Assembly: GCA_036172245.1 (NCBI GenBank)
Contig: JAYWIR010000001.1
Coordinates: 3,658,001 to 3,722,000 of the forward strand
Source of the DNA: Raillietiella orientalis
Taxonomy: Eukaryota
DNA: 64,000 nucleotides
Direction: 5' to 3'
Made by a program: the position numbers and the translations under genes. The notes under the pieces were generated by a model that was not told where the DNA came from, made no database searches, and worked only from the letters and a program-made list of their open reading frames with translations. This document shows positions 51,163 to 63,519 of the stretch, in pieces; within the stretch, counting starts at the first letter, position 1; every line of letters begins with the position of its first letter.

Positions 51163-54100
51163 CTGAAACATAAATGAGATTTGATTGGCAACGAAACTCT
51201 TCTCGTCCAAGGTTCACGAAAAACACATGCCCATGCGCTGACCGACAGTTTCCGTAAGAAGGGAGCGCAGCGCTTTCCACCCCCTCCCGCTCGTTCCTGC
51301 GGGAAACGGCGCGAACGGGTTCCGGAATTCGTACGGGCGGAAGAGAAAGAAGGGAGAGAAGAGGAAGATAATTTATCTGAAACAATGCTTCGAGCTTTTC
51401 CCTGGAATCCACGCACTCGCAGAGAGCTCATCTCACGTGCAAACATGCGGAAGGACAGGTCACGACACACGCGTACTATGCACAACCGGCTGCCGGAGGC
51501 TACACTCTACATCTGGCGCTGCGCGCGACGCACTCCGAATCCCGGTCGCTGTGCCACCCGGAAGGAATCAGGTTCTCGAGAGGAGGGTGCATTCCAGACG
51601 GCACCTGCAGCAACCAGTCTTTGACTCCGAATACGGAAGCCACTGACCGATTACCGACGATTTCGCCTGTGATTCTTCCGAATGCCGCCACAGACGAGCA
51701 AATCGACTTTTTTGAGGAGGAAGGGATGAAGGGAATTTTTGATTCCGTCGTTCGAAGCCCGGAACTCGATAGCTCTTAATTTGGTGGAAGAGGCGAAATG
51801 AACATCTAAGGAAGAACGTAAGTGTGGGAAGAGCAGTGGGAGAGAAGTTGACACTTTGGACATCGAGTTGGGGAAAATGCAGCACTTATCCATACTTTTG
51901 AGGGATCTTAGAAGCAGCTCCGCACATACGTAAGGTAGGCTCAGATGTCAAGATGTGCTCCTTCCCATTTATCTCGAATGCCCATGCAGGACTTCGACAC
52001 CCTCAACAGCTTCGAGCGGCGGTGAACACGGCCATCATTCTTGTCAACTCAATTGTGGCTTTTCGGATACTCACGCTGGAGAGCAAACAAGATTGATACA
52101 TGGGAGCAAGACTGCAGCCGCAGTGGATTCGCGGCAGCTGCCTTTCGAGAGGTTTGCAGTACCAGGCTTCGAGGTGGAAATCCGGAAACCTGGTACTGCA
52201 GGCAGCAGCATGATGATCACTCTGCTGCTGCCGAAGATTTTTGAGGCTGCAACGCATGCCATCTCAAGTCTGCGGATTAGAACCTCCACATTGCATCCCA
52301 GCAGAGCATCTCTCAAGTCAGAATCCTTTTCATCCCCGAGGAAAACTTCGATGGACTCCTGAGGAATGGCAAAGGGTTGTTGGTCGGAATGCCTGATTCA
52401 CTTGCTTTCGCTCAAGCTGATGTGAGAGTGGGTGGACAGCAAGAGCCAATTCTGTTATCGTCGGCTTCTTTTGCTTCTGGAAGCAATTACATCAAGCTTC
52501 GAATGTGTTCGTCTAAAGACATAAAAGCAGTCTCTCTTATATCTCTTCCCTGATGACCGAAAGGATCGATAGCTGAGTCCTTTCCTATTGTCTCTCGCTC
52601 TCGATTGAGCCATCGACACGAGACTTCGATCAGCTGTATTCAAATATTACAATGTTTCAAAGGATGAACTTTCCAGCCATCAGGTAGTTTGTCTCGACAC
52701 ACTGACCCCTACGACAACATGGACTCTGATTGATTTGCCACGGCAGAGAAAAGGCGGAAGGGATCCGATGCCTATCCTTCTACAAAATTCTTTGATGTTT
52801 TAGTGCCTTTTACAATAAACTGTGCTACGTCTGTGGTACTGACTTGTGCTTCTGATTCCCTTGTTACGTGTTCCCGCGTTTTACTTGGTTTTTGGTTCCC
52901 TTTTGGTTTCTAAGCAGAAGGAACTCGGTCTTTGGCCTTTCAGAAAAACACCTTCCACTGCCATCTTATTCCGTATAGCGAATGCTTATCATCCCTCCGG
53001 CAAGAGAGGAAACTGAAAAAGATCTTGCTTGTCGATAAGGACACTTTTTACTTTGGACATGAAGAAGTCTCTGTTACCGGTAACCTTGGTTAACAAAGCG
53101 AGCGAGTGATTTATGGAAGCTCTTTCATTCTGTCTCTAGTGAATGTCATCTTCGAGGTCTCACGTGGGGAAATGGTTTTCGCCTCTTGGGATGTTCGGCT
53201 GTCAGAACTAATCTTGACAAATCGAGAGATCACGGAGTGCAGAATCTTTTGAGGTGAAAAATCACGTTAGAGCTGAAAATGTTTCAAGTTTCTTTCAGAC
53301 CAGTGAATTGAATTTCAATTCCGGGAAATTTTCACGAGCTGGATGTGTCGACAGAGAAAACGACTACGGATCATTCTTTGCTAAAAAGAGGAACTGATGA
53401 AAGTTATGGAGAGCAAGAAGAAGAAAGAGGTGCTCTCTCGATCTCAGAAGTGTAGATTTTCATCCTTAATTATTGTTTTTCCTTTTATTCCATTCTTTCT
53501 CTTCGCCTTTAGTTTCATTTCATCACCTTTTTGGTGCACAGTTGGACATCCGCGGGTGGTGCTCGCTACAACGCCCTATCTCCTCTTGCATTTACAAAGC
53601 GGCCGGCAGATTTCGACCGATGAAGCACTCAGTGCTTATAGCAAGGAGGAAAGCGAATGCACTTCGACCAGATGGAGTGAAGATTGGAGCGTGGCGCGCA
53701 GTGGAGTTGTTGACGGCGGCGAAGGACACAGAACGTTTCCTTACGGATTTGGCTCTCTAGTGGGTTCGTATTTGTTCAAATCGTCGACGACGGACGCCTC
53801 TTCAGAGGCTCAATACAAGGATGGTTCTAGTAGCTCCACGTTTTCATGGTTTTTTGAGTAATAAGCCTTTTCATCTCTCAGCACGTTCAAGGATAACGAA
53901 ACTCTGCATCTTTTGCCATCGGAGTAAACAGAAAGATTAAGAGCTTTCCCATCTAAATTACCAATATAAATCAGATTAGATATCTGAGCATCTTTTTCCG
54001 AATTCTTTTATTCTATCCTCAAACGGTGTAACTTTGGCTATGGGTGAAGCCGTCAAGATGAAACTAAGGTGGCATCGAAACGAAGAACCTTTCTCTAGAA

Positions 54101-54718
54101 TCAAGAAGGGGGTTGCATTTCCTATTGGACCGCTTTTCGGCATGTGGAGGGTGTAGAGTTTCGTGTAGAATCGAGTAGCGCTACACGAGCCCGGTGCGTA
54201 CTTCAGGCAAGCTCTTACATACTGAGTTCGTTTCAGATGGTGGTTTTGGTTTTGGTCGCTTCAGGATCCGTTCTTCTGAAAACCCTTGCAAGTAACCAGA
54301 AAGAGAATGCTTTAGACAAGAAGGGCTCCAGGAACTCTAAAGACTTTCAGTGGAGTCTTTCCCTTCAGGTGGACTCCCAAGTCCTGAACTGTTCTTGTGC
54401 TGCGTCGAAAAAGGGATCAGTTAATGTGCGTCTTGTATTCTTCGGAGGCTGGATTTTGAAAAGATCATTCTATCAAAGGAACAGAAAGCAAAAGGGAAAG
54501 TGCCATTCTCAACTTTGCAAAGCTCTTCGTTCGCGAAGGAAACCCGAGGAATCCAAGGTTGGCAAAGCTGAAACAAGGAGATCGTCCCAGATTCAGCGCA
54601 TTCGGGAAATTGAAAGCATCTTTGATGAAATCGATTCGGTCCCGCGGCACTCAGATGCAACTGACAACCCCTGGATGCATTACGAGGTGCCCGCATAAAA
54701 CACAGAGAATTGACTTAC
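51163..54718 (-). other. GT-AG intron (~3.56 kb) between the two nephrin-like exons
   Basis: Canonical GTAAGT...TTTCAG ends; the phases of the flanking exons are compatible. Confidence 0.8.
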
Positions 54719-55018
54719 AGAGTACATGAAGATGTACATTGGTTTCCTTGCTGATATGAAGGACATCGTTGACGGCAAAGCAGAACAGAGGGGTGCGGTG
54801 GTCGGCGTGAGTCACGTAAATTGTCAGATTGCTGCAGGAAACCATTCCTCCATGCTCTCCTTCAAACCGTTCCTCGTTTCCAGCCAAATGGAACGTCCCT
54901 TTTCTCCATTCAATTCTCGCCGAAGGGTTGCTGGAGCCACTCTGGCATTTGAAAGTGGCGAAAGTACCGTTCATTAATTGCAGACCTCTCCTTTCTATCT
55001 TCACAGTTTTGGGAGGAA
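54719..55018 (-). CDS. Internal coding exon (300 nt, phase 1/1) of a nephrin/Sns/Hibris-like Ig-superfamily gene; one C2-set Ig domain
   Basis: Acceptor ttttttcag and donor GTAAGT bracket an open frame PPKTVKIERRGLQLMNGTFATFKCQSGSSNPSARIEWRKG...GEHGGMVSCSNLTIYVTHADHRTPLFCFAVNDVLHISKETNVHLHVL. The C-x-S-x-SSNP-x-A-x3-W-x-K, GG and C-x3-N motifs match the nephrin/Sns Ig domain pattern as I recall it. Confidence 0.9.
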
Positions 55019-58000
55019 CTGAAAAAACAGTGCAACACAAAGTAAGGCCAGGACTGGAAAAAGGTCGCTCTCCTGTCCAGGTGCAAAGGAAAAACACGTT
55101 TCTTCGCGAGGTCACGGCAGCCACATTTTGGGTAGAAATAAAACAAAAACGCCCCGCGCGATCAGTGAAAATCTGACCTAAGTCACATGAACCTGAGGTC
55201 AGGGGACCGGGAGGACAATAGCCGGCTGTCTTGTGTATTTGATTCTGCATTTTATGCCGTTTCGTTCGATGCTAAAGGCGCAGTCCTCGTATCTCGTTTC
55301 CAAGGCGAGATATGATTACTTATACAAAATGAAGCTCGAAACGAGCCTCATACGAGAAGCTCATTTTGCAGGAAAGCTAAAATATTTCTCGAAGAAACAG
55401 CAGCACCCTTGCATTCGGGAATTCTCTCTGGTAAAGCTGCTTGCTTATGCACGGATAGATCGTCATGGATCGTCTCTTTTTGTCTTCAAGGTCAGTTCCT
55501 CAGTGGGATAATGTGCTTTGTAAGATTAGAAAATGTACCGGAAAACGGAAAGGTCATCGAGTCCAATTAAGAATACCATCTGCTGAACTCGCTTCTGCTT
55601 TGGAGATGTGTTTTCCGTCCCGGAAAACTTCGTGAACCCCTGCAAGAAAGGTCGAACAACGTCTAAGACACAAACAGGAAGACGAAAAATTTCAAGCTGT
55701 TTCATACTTCACAGGAGTCCACCTGGCATTAAAAAAAGGGGTCCACTACGTGCTTGGCCATCAACTTTTGTTACTGAAAATGAGTGTCATGGCAAGTTCA
55801 CACAAAACAGCCCCTTAGATCCAGAGAACTGCACAGGATTGCGTGCATTCCCCCTATTTGTCCTCATTTCCGATGGTCCGCAAACAAATTGGTTTTAGGG
55901 AGTGGATAAACAAGTAGTCAGATTCCGTCCACAGCTGCAAAGCTGTTTTTGATTGATGCTGTCCCATAAGAGCTGGGGTGATCTAGAGCTGTGGAAAGCC
56001 CAGTAAATCGATGAAGCTGGTACAAGTTCTTCATCTGTGCCTGTACCTCATTGATTTTTTGGATGGGCTATCATCACAATTTTGCCCTCCCATCATACTT
56101 ATTCAATTCTGTCAGATGTCGGTTCCTCAGAAGTAATACTAAATGTCCCTATTCAAATTCTTCTATTAAGAATTGACTTTTGTTATTAGCATAGAGTCTT
56201 CTATGTCTCTCCATCCAGAGAGATAAATCTTGTGGAAATTATATATAAATTAGAATTACCAATCATAGAAATGTCAGTGGCCTCTCTGAGTCGGATGAAG
56301 GTTACGTGAAAGGATCTCATCTTTAAAAGGATTATTGAATACATTAGCATTGCTATCACTGGCAGGTTTGCTGAAGGCTTCATTTGCTTCTCGCCTTTTC
56401 TTCTCTCCTCCATACACCAGAAAGTTTTTTAGGCTGAAACTGTAACATCCAGAAGATTCCATCTTTTTCTAAAGACTTCCTTCATGATCTTCTTCCTTCT
56501 TTTCTATCCGATATTTGTAGCAAACCACACTAAAATTTTTCCTGCAACAAGGGCAGCAATGTCTTGATTTCATCTGTTTCTTCATTGGCCCAGTTAAAGG
56601 TCAATTATTAGTATTTAGACTTTGCTCGGAAACTATTTTTTCCGTTTTCGAAACGGAATCGGTGAACTAGATGGAAAGCTCGCTTGTTTCTTCCCATGGA
56701 TCGAATCTCACAAGACACCGTGGATCTATAAACGAAATGGTCCAGTTGCATTTCAAAGAGTCGTCATTTTCAAGGTGCAAACATGAAATCCATCTTCAAA
56801 GAATTCTGCATGAGATTATTTGGAGCAATACATCGTTTCAATCGGAGTTCTAGAATCTTTTGTTGCTTTCAGCCCTCAGCATCACTCAGTCATTGATTGT
56901 ACGAAATCCAGTGCAGCACGTCTTGTCTTCAAGGGAGTGTTTGAAGAAGCTCCAGACACCACACATCCGATTCAGTTATAGGGCTGCAAGCAGGGTGAGG
57001 GCGGCTTCACAATCACTGTTCATGACTGTCTTCAGTTCCGAGTAGTAAAAGACAGATCTAATTTCAGGCCCCGACATGCATGGTCTCCATTTGTTCGAAA
57101 GTGACAGAATGATGGAGGAAGGAAGCCAGGTCATCATTCCTAAGAATCATAGACTTTCAGGAATTCTTCCTTCGAAGGAAGTTGAGAAGCCTCCTAGCTG
57201 CCTTCCTGCCTAGAGGAGAGGCAGAGATTTTTGCAATGAGCTTCTAGCCTCGCTTCTCATCAACCAAGGCAAATGATGATGACCGTGAACATTTCCATCG
57301 TTCATGCAGCGCCGAGCTGTGATTTGTTGCAAGAAGTGGTCCATTTGCCACAAGGAGCTCAATTGAACTACACGACCGCCTCTTACTGCAGCTGTCGATG
57401 AGGTTGCTTGCTATGAAATATAGTTTTGTAAGGATCGCTGCCAATCTGGTTGCCGTTTGCTGCTGGAAGCGGAGCTCAGATTTTCCCAGAAGTTGCCGGA
57501 TAGCAGGTCGATTCGGGGGAAGATTCACTATGACTTTACCTGGGTCGCCAGGCACACACCATCATCGGGAGTGTTCTGAATTGACGCGAGTCCTTTCCTT
57601 CCGAAAGTGCATAATGAACCGCTGTTCCTTAAGGGCTCCATCCTGCCTATACGATTAGTTAGCAGTGGATCGTCTTGTTTCCGAAGGGCTACATCTCTAG
57701 ATGCCAAGTTCGATAAACTCTGATGCAGGAAGGAAACTGTGCTCAGTCAGCAGACATCGGACTAAGAGCAGTTTCCTAAGGACAAAGCCACAAGTAGTGG
57801 CTTTATCTTTAGGGACCACAACCAGTCCTGAGCGCACAGACCATACCTTTAAGGAGACGCGCGCCTAAGCATTCCCGCCAGCACAGCTCTCGAAGTTGGT
57901 TTAGCCGGAGGACACGCTCATCCGCACAGGCGTTTAGATTCAACTATCTAAGAGATCGCAGAAACAAGCACAGCAGTCATCCTTCTCGGAAAAAATCAAA

Positions 58001-58152
58001 TTCCTAATTTACTTTGCGCACCCACTTCCGGGACCTACGGGTTTTCAACGCGGTGCCCGTTTGTTTTTTAAAAAAAAAAAAAAAGGTGCGTGAGTGGACG
58101 TGCTCTTCGATTCACATTTCGTTGTTTCCCTCTGCGCCCTGCTTCCCTTCAG

Positions 58153-58283
58153 AATTCACGGAACTCTCGCAGAGCTGTGGCAAACGCGAGATGAATGGAG
58201 TTCTAACGTGTGGATGCAGGGAGGAAGCGGCTACGCAGCAAACGAAATTGGGCTTTCCTTACAAGTCACAGGAAACATCGAAG
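58153..58283 (+). CDS. Candidate exon resembling part of a MAM domain
   Basis: Pyrimidine-rich acceptor gcttcccttcag; reads IHGTLAELWQTRDEWSSNVWMQGGSGYAANEIGLSLQVTGNIEG (LW..N.W..QV..EG pattern). The donor GTTAAC is weak. Confidence 0.25.
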
Positions 58284-58789
58284 GTTAACAAAGGCGGAGC
58301 TCATCGTGGATGACAGAGGAGGAGGAAAAAAGGCGAAGATCATGCCTCAAGTGGATCCCCTGGTTTTCTGGATTCCCCGAAATGCTAACCAAGAAAATGC
58401 CCGCCTGATTTCTCCCCTCCTTTTCTTCGAGCGCTCCCTTTGTAGGGGAATCGTAAACTCCCGCCGTTTCCAGCGATGTCTTCGAATGCCTCCGTCTTTT
58501 GAGATTTCAGAAGACTCGCTCCAAGTCTCGTTGCTGCCTCTGCACCCCGCAGTGGGGTCACTTATCTGTCCTTTGACCACATCTTTCAGCTTACTTGTTG
58601 CAGAAGCGACGTGACCTCTTCGGCAAGTTCTGGTTGCTCGCTGAGCTCATCGGAGCTCGTCCGACAGGCGAAGAGCTCAACTTGCTTTCATGGAAGCAGC
58701 GCACGTCTTCTACCAGATTCCCCTAAATGGCTAAGCTCAGGAAATTGGGAAGAATGTCCCGCTTGGCCTGCTCTTTGGCTCAAAATTAA

Positions 58790-59170
58790 AAAACGCTTAT
58801 CCTCTCTGTATCGCATTCTGGAGAGGCAACATCTCGAGGGGGATATCAGCCCGTTCCATGGTACGTGATAGGGGTGCTTCCCCTTGAGAGGGAGACAGAC
58901 TCCGTTTTTACAACAAGAGAGGAACATCGAAGGAATCCTTGATTCCTGGAATGTCCCCGGAGCGTCAACTTGCAATCCCGACCAGTCAAAGGAGGCATCC
59001 GGTTTCCGCCAGTGCCGCTCCCGAAGTCAACATAGTCCAACCAGCGTCATCCTCCGAGAAGGGACTCGAAACTCACGATGCCCCCTCCACTTCTCGACAT
59101 CAATCCTTCGCCAGGTAGGATTCGAACCCGCTACTCTTGGTGCAACGCTCTAAGGCCGTGGCCGTGGCCG
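58790..59170 (-). repeat. Long structured SINE-like repeat, copy D (5' part with tRNA-like head)
   Basis: Reverse strand TTAGAGCGTTGCACCAAGAGTAGCGGGTTCGAATCCTACCTGG (Pol III B-box) followed by the family body (GGATGACGCTGGTTGG, GCGGCACTGGCGGAAACCGGAT, CAGGAATCAAGGA, GTACCATGGA). Confidence 0.75.
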
Positions 59171-59229
59171 CCAAATGCATCTAGAAGACATTCGATTCCC
59201 TTGGATTCACCCTCCGAGCGACTCCGCGA

Positions 59230-59900
59230 TCGGATCACTGAACGTAAGAAAATCTCCAAAGGGGGCGTTTTTCCGGTTTCTGTCGGTCAGTGGTGACTGT
59301 TTCCCCGCTTGCCCGACAGTGAGCACCCGACCATCGACAGTGACTCCATCTTCGAAGATCACCTATCGTTCCCATTTCAGTACCTCCGAAGCAGGAGAAG
59401 ATCATTCATCCGTCCATGGAAACGAGTGTTTATTCTCATCACCTCGAATCCCCGCGCGAGCCTATGGAGAACGGAGGGAGGTGGAGTCCGTATGTTCCTC
59501 CCGTCGCAGCTTGCTGGTTTCCGGGTTCAGAAGCATCCCCAAAGCTTCTGGGAACGCGTATCGTGGGGATGTACCTTGTTTGTTCATATGATGATCAACG
59601 GCGAAGGTCAAGCCTATTCTGCACCCCCGTCACATCTCCCCGTGGTTATCGTGTTTATCAAGAATTGATAGAGTTCCTGTTTCTGGAGGACCCCTTCTGG
59701 CCACCAAAACGGGGGCACTCATCGTCGATCCCCGGTCCATTTCCAGCCAATAATTCGTCATCTTCGGAATACCAAGGAGATAGTTCTCTCGAAAAGGCAG
59801 GCGAATGGAAGAGGAGGGAGTTCATGATAAAAGGCTCCGAATTTTCCAGAACGGGGGAAGCCCGCGCGACATCGCAAGAGCATTGTTCAATCACCGGCGG
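59230..59900 (-). mobile_element. Degenerate LINE reverse-transcriptase remnant
   Basis: Ordered decayed motifs GPGIDD, KGSSRNRN..LINT, VQNRL, KQGYIP and VTVDG..GKQSPLT (K.PG.D; RPISL.N; NRL; QxGF; V.VNG..QG.PLSP). Confidence 0.4.
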
Positions 59901-60959
59901 AATTACCGCTCGACGGTTTCCATTTTTCCCCCGAGGAGCAAGACCTAATGGAGTTCTCTTGGAGCACCTGCTGCGGGTTCAGTAGTTCAGAAAATGGAGT
60001 TCAGATGCCATTTTCTGGCTCAGTGGGTTTTTCTTGCGCCTGACCACTGAAGTTTCATTTTACCTCTGGAAGCCCACGTGAGCGATAAGGTGGAGGAGAA
60101 GGGAAAGAAAGCACAAGTGCCCGAGGAGCCATGGCCCAAGCGGCCGAGTCCCTTTGCCACCATTACTATCATCAGTGTGTGTGTGGGGTGGGGTGGAACG
60201 GGGTGGGGTGGAACTATCTCACTCTCTGGCATGGCGAGTAGCTCGGATAGGAAACGCTCGGCATCTACGATTCTCGCGCGGCGATGCTGATGTGCACCAA
60301 GTGGTTAAGAAGCCACAGTCTCCTCCCCCCCAGAGCATACAGGCACACAGGCATCTCCGTCTACAAGACATATGGCCTTTTCTCAAGGCTACACTCCATT
60401 CGGGGGAGGCGAGGGTTCAATCAAGCTATTGGGTGGACGGATGAAGTGACAGGACAAGGAATTCTACAAGGAACAGGTTCCTGGAAAGAGGAACAAGTGA
60501 GTAAGCAAAACAGCAGCATCAAAAAAAAGCAACAAAAAGCGGTTGCACAAGATTCGTAACGGTGGCTGCAGTTCTCGTTCAACCCTTTTCAACTCAACCT
60601 TCAGACGTTGGGGCAAAATGTCCGACCGAATGATATCCAGGAACAAGGGAACGCGGCTCCAGAAAGACAACTTACAGAATTCCCCGTCTTTCCGCAGCCC
60701 GAAGGCGGCACCCTTTGCGCTTTATACAGGGGTGGTGCGGTATCTGCAATCTTCTCTCTGGTCGAAGGAATGAACTGCTTTTGGAGATCACATCTCTACA
60801 CGGAATGCCTCCTGTCCCCCTCCCCCCCAACGCGCTGCAGTATCTCCTCCTCCCGTCTAGCAGACACAGAGCTCAAAACCTCGCTGAAGAGAGCCCACCA
60901 CAGAGCATGGAAGCAAGGCACCTCTATTCCTCTTGGTTCGCTGATTACTCAAAGATCGT

Positions 60960-61650
60960 TCGCCTGAGGGCTCATAAAGCTCTTTAACACTGTTCCACAC
61001 CACCAGGGAGTACGTGTAAATCTTCAATTTGGAGGGGGGACCGCGGAAGGGGACCACCCTATGAATCCAGGAAGGCTCTGGAAGCAGGAGTCCGTCCCTC
61101 TTACGCCTGGGAGGAGAACATCGTATGGAATCCTTGCCCTGGTGGTCTCCGAAGAGAACCCCGAAGGGAACCTCTTCCTTATTCTCCTCCAGAAAGACTT
61201 CCTGGTTCGTGAAGCCTCTCCCCTTTTTTTCTTCGGAGGGAACCCGCAAGCGAACCGCTCCTTGGTTTCTCCTCCGAAGAGTACCACGAAGGGACGCTCT
61301 TCGATTTCTGTGCTCTCGATTCCCCAAAGGAAACAGAGCGCTTCTTCACTCTGGAGAGACGACCTTCAAAAGGGGCATCAACCAGCCCCATTTAACAGCT
61401 CCACTTTCACCACCGGAGGGGAACCCCGGAAGGAACCAGCGCTCTTGTATTTCTGAAAGAACCCAGGAGGGTGGACTTCCGATCCTGACCAGTCAACGGG
61501 AAAAGGAGTCATCCGGTTTCCGGATTTCACCAGTGCCCCATCGGTAACCTACAGGCCAGCCACAGTCATCTTTTCGAAACCCACGAAGCACCCATTTTTC
61601 GGCGTCGATCCTTCCTCAGGTGGGATTCGAACCCGCAACTCTTAATGCCA
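60960..61650 (-). repeat. Long structured SINE-like repeat, copy E (near full length)
   Basis: Reverse strand AAGAGTTGCGGGTTCGAATCCCACCTGAGGAAGGATCGAC head, then the complete body to GTGTTAAAGAGCTTTATGAGCCCTC. Confidence 0.75.
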
Positions 61651-63519
61651 CACAGTTTTATTCCTCTTGTAGACCGAGGAGATTTGAAGGTGATCTCCTT
61701 GCGAAGAGGTGTGGACCTGCATCGAGCGGAAGAAACAAGGGGTCCGACGCGGAAGAGTTAACTAGAACGTTCCTGTCAACTGGGAAAAAGGGATAGGCAG
61801 TCGCGGGAGTCGAGGAGTTCTGCGAGCCTCGAAGGTCGGGGTCGTTCTGCCTGCTGTCGACACATCTGTGGTTCTACGGCAGAACTGCTCTTCGTTAGAG
61901 GAGAGCAGTTCTATCTCTTCTCGGCCTTCTGGCTGAGATCAAAGTGTAGTGCAGAATTGGCATGAGAGTTTTCGTTCTGGAACAGCCTTGACCAAACTCC
62001 AATCGATTAGGCTCCGACGCATTCCAAGAACGAGTCACAGGGCATCCGCCCACCTCCTTTCCCTACTCCTGCTCTTTCATTTATCCTCAAAAGCCATCTC
62101 TCTGGAAACAAAGCCATCCAACACCAGATTGTTCCTTGTCCTTTTATTTACCAAGGAACCCTTTCTATTACTTCCCGGATTTCCTCTGGATGTCCGAAGA
62201 GGAATGTGCAGACCGCCAGCTAGAGTGCTGCTCGTAGTCACCCGTGCGCCAATTGGGTATGAAAGGGGTAAAAAAAAAAGAAAAGGAATCGGATCTCAGA
62301 GTACACTCTCTATAGAACAGCCCACCTCATCGGAGCGCTTCGCCCCCAATGAAGTGAAGTGACTGGGGCAAACCGCCAACAGCTGATTGCTTCCGGAGGA
62401 CGCTGACGACAGCGTCTGGAGCTCATTGAGAGGACACGGACACCTCGTTAGAGACGTCGGAAGCACCGTTGGCACGCATGTTTCTTCCGGTAAGAGAATC
62501 CGTTGAGATCACCGCAAGGCTCACACCACCCCGGAGCTCGAGCACGACCGAGGCAGCAAACGTTGGTGACGGCAACCGCAGCATCCTCTGCGGGGTCGAC
62601 CGCAACCGAGGAGCTCCGAAAGATCAAGATGACCACCCTGAAGTCCGCAGCGAACCAGGATTCACTCTCTTCCTCAGAGACGAGCATTGAAAAGATCATG
62701 AAGGCTGACATCCAACCAGGAGCCCCTTCCCAGAAGAGGACATCCCGGAAGCAAGATGCAGCATCGCCACCGACGACGCTCCCCGTTCGCCAGGCACCCC
62801 ACCATCAACTTTTCTCCCCATAACGTCTTCCAGACCGGAATTCAGTTCGTTCTAGTCTATCGTTCCCGGCCTATCACGGCTCCGGGGTCTTCCGACGAAC
62901 TCCAGGTACCCAACCAGCTCTGGTCCCAACTTTTCTTCCTACGTGAGAGAGCAGTTCTCTCTCCAGCAAGGCGCGGGTTGGTTGATTCTCCTCGGTAGCG
63001 GAAATTTTGGGAGGTTGCTCCGGGTGACGGAGGAGAGGAATCCAGAAGCAAAAGGCGAAAGCAATCCGAGGGAACGACGGCTGTCGCGCAACTAGCCGAT
63101 TGAGTTCCTTCGAGAGAAAAGGAACGGGAGCTCTTGCTCTGGAGCTCTCTTGAAACCTGTCTGGGACCGGATGGAGGAGCACAGTTGCCGAGAAGCAGCG
63201 GGGACATGAGAGCGGAGTGTCTTAGCCATCCCAGGCTCGGCCGCCGATGAGGGTCATCTCCGAGGGAGACCTGAGCGGTCACGGGATTTTCAGCAGCATC
63301 CCTACGGATCCATTTCGTCCTTTCCATTGTAGGCGACTAATGGACCTTTCCAGAATCTGCGAGCGAGTAGGTAGGAGATACGAGAGCAGCGCCTACGGGG
63401 ACGAGGTTTGGGAGTCGGAATCCGGGTCTCACGAGCTTGAGCGAGGCTATTATGAGAAGGGAGAGAGACAGGATGAGTTATCGAAATCCAGTTAACCCCC
63501 TGGTCAGCGGAAGAAGCAG

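Noticed and set aside
59110-59170. tRNA gene candidates (also ~4170-4195 and ~61620-61650)
   Set aside because: Only a B-box/T-arm is present with no full cloverleaf; two of the three run directly into the repeat body, so they are treated as SINE-like heads.
61480-61500. GGAAGTCC motif suggestive of RNase P RNA conserved region I
   Set aside because: Not conserved in the other repeat copies, and no pairing partner region was seen.
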